Origin: Eledone cirrhosa
Lineage: Eukaryota
DNA: 64,000 nt
NCBI GenBank assembly: GCA_964016885.1
Contig: OZ024742.1
Span: 88,288,001 to 88,352,000 of the forward strand
Direction: 5' to 3'
The notes beneath the pieces are model-generated. The model searched no databases and was not told the origin of the DNA. It saw nothing but the letters and a program-made list of their open reading frames with translations. Below are positions 63,977 through 64,000 of this stretch, piece after piece. Position 1 is the first letter of the stretch, and each line of letters begins with the position of its first letter. Position numbers and translations under genes: made by a program.

Positions 63977-64000
63977 TTGTTTCTATTTTTGGAACAAGGC
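63976..64000 (-). mobile_element. 3' end of another SINE family 1 copy (cut by window edge)
   Basis: aattgtttctatttttggaacaaggc resembles 41109-41134 and 60130-60155. Confidence 0.65.

Overview
Eukaryotic, AT-rich, almost entirely transposon-derived DNA. The SINE sequences resemble octopus SINE families as I recall them, so a cephalopod origin is likely (inference, no search run). No host gene is supported. The dominant structure is a nest of non-LTR retrotransposons built on (TAA)n microsatellites (1-39.2 kb and 55.9-64 kb). All R4/Dong-clade elements (single ORF: RT, CCHC knuckle, restriction-like endonuclease; three lineages, here A, B and C) lie on the + strand and end in (TAA)n. All Tx1/L1-clade elements (ORF1 with zinc knuckle; ORF2 with APE and RT) lie on the - strand, with (TAA)n at their intact ends. 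The segment 22.5-39.2 kb is an A-B-A-B head-to-tail array, and one A copy keeps a 1060-aa uninterrupted ORF. The 39-55 kb interval holds two Penelope-like elements (one with a well-formed hammerhead ribozyme carrying a ~105-nt stem II), a 5.7-kb hAT element with an 8-bp TSD and nested insertions, RTE and Helitron relics, tRNA-type SINEs and TA-microsatellite rearrangements. Coordinates were read by eye, and boundaries of degenerate elements are approximate.
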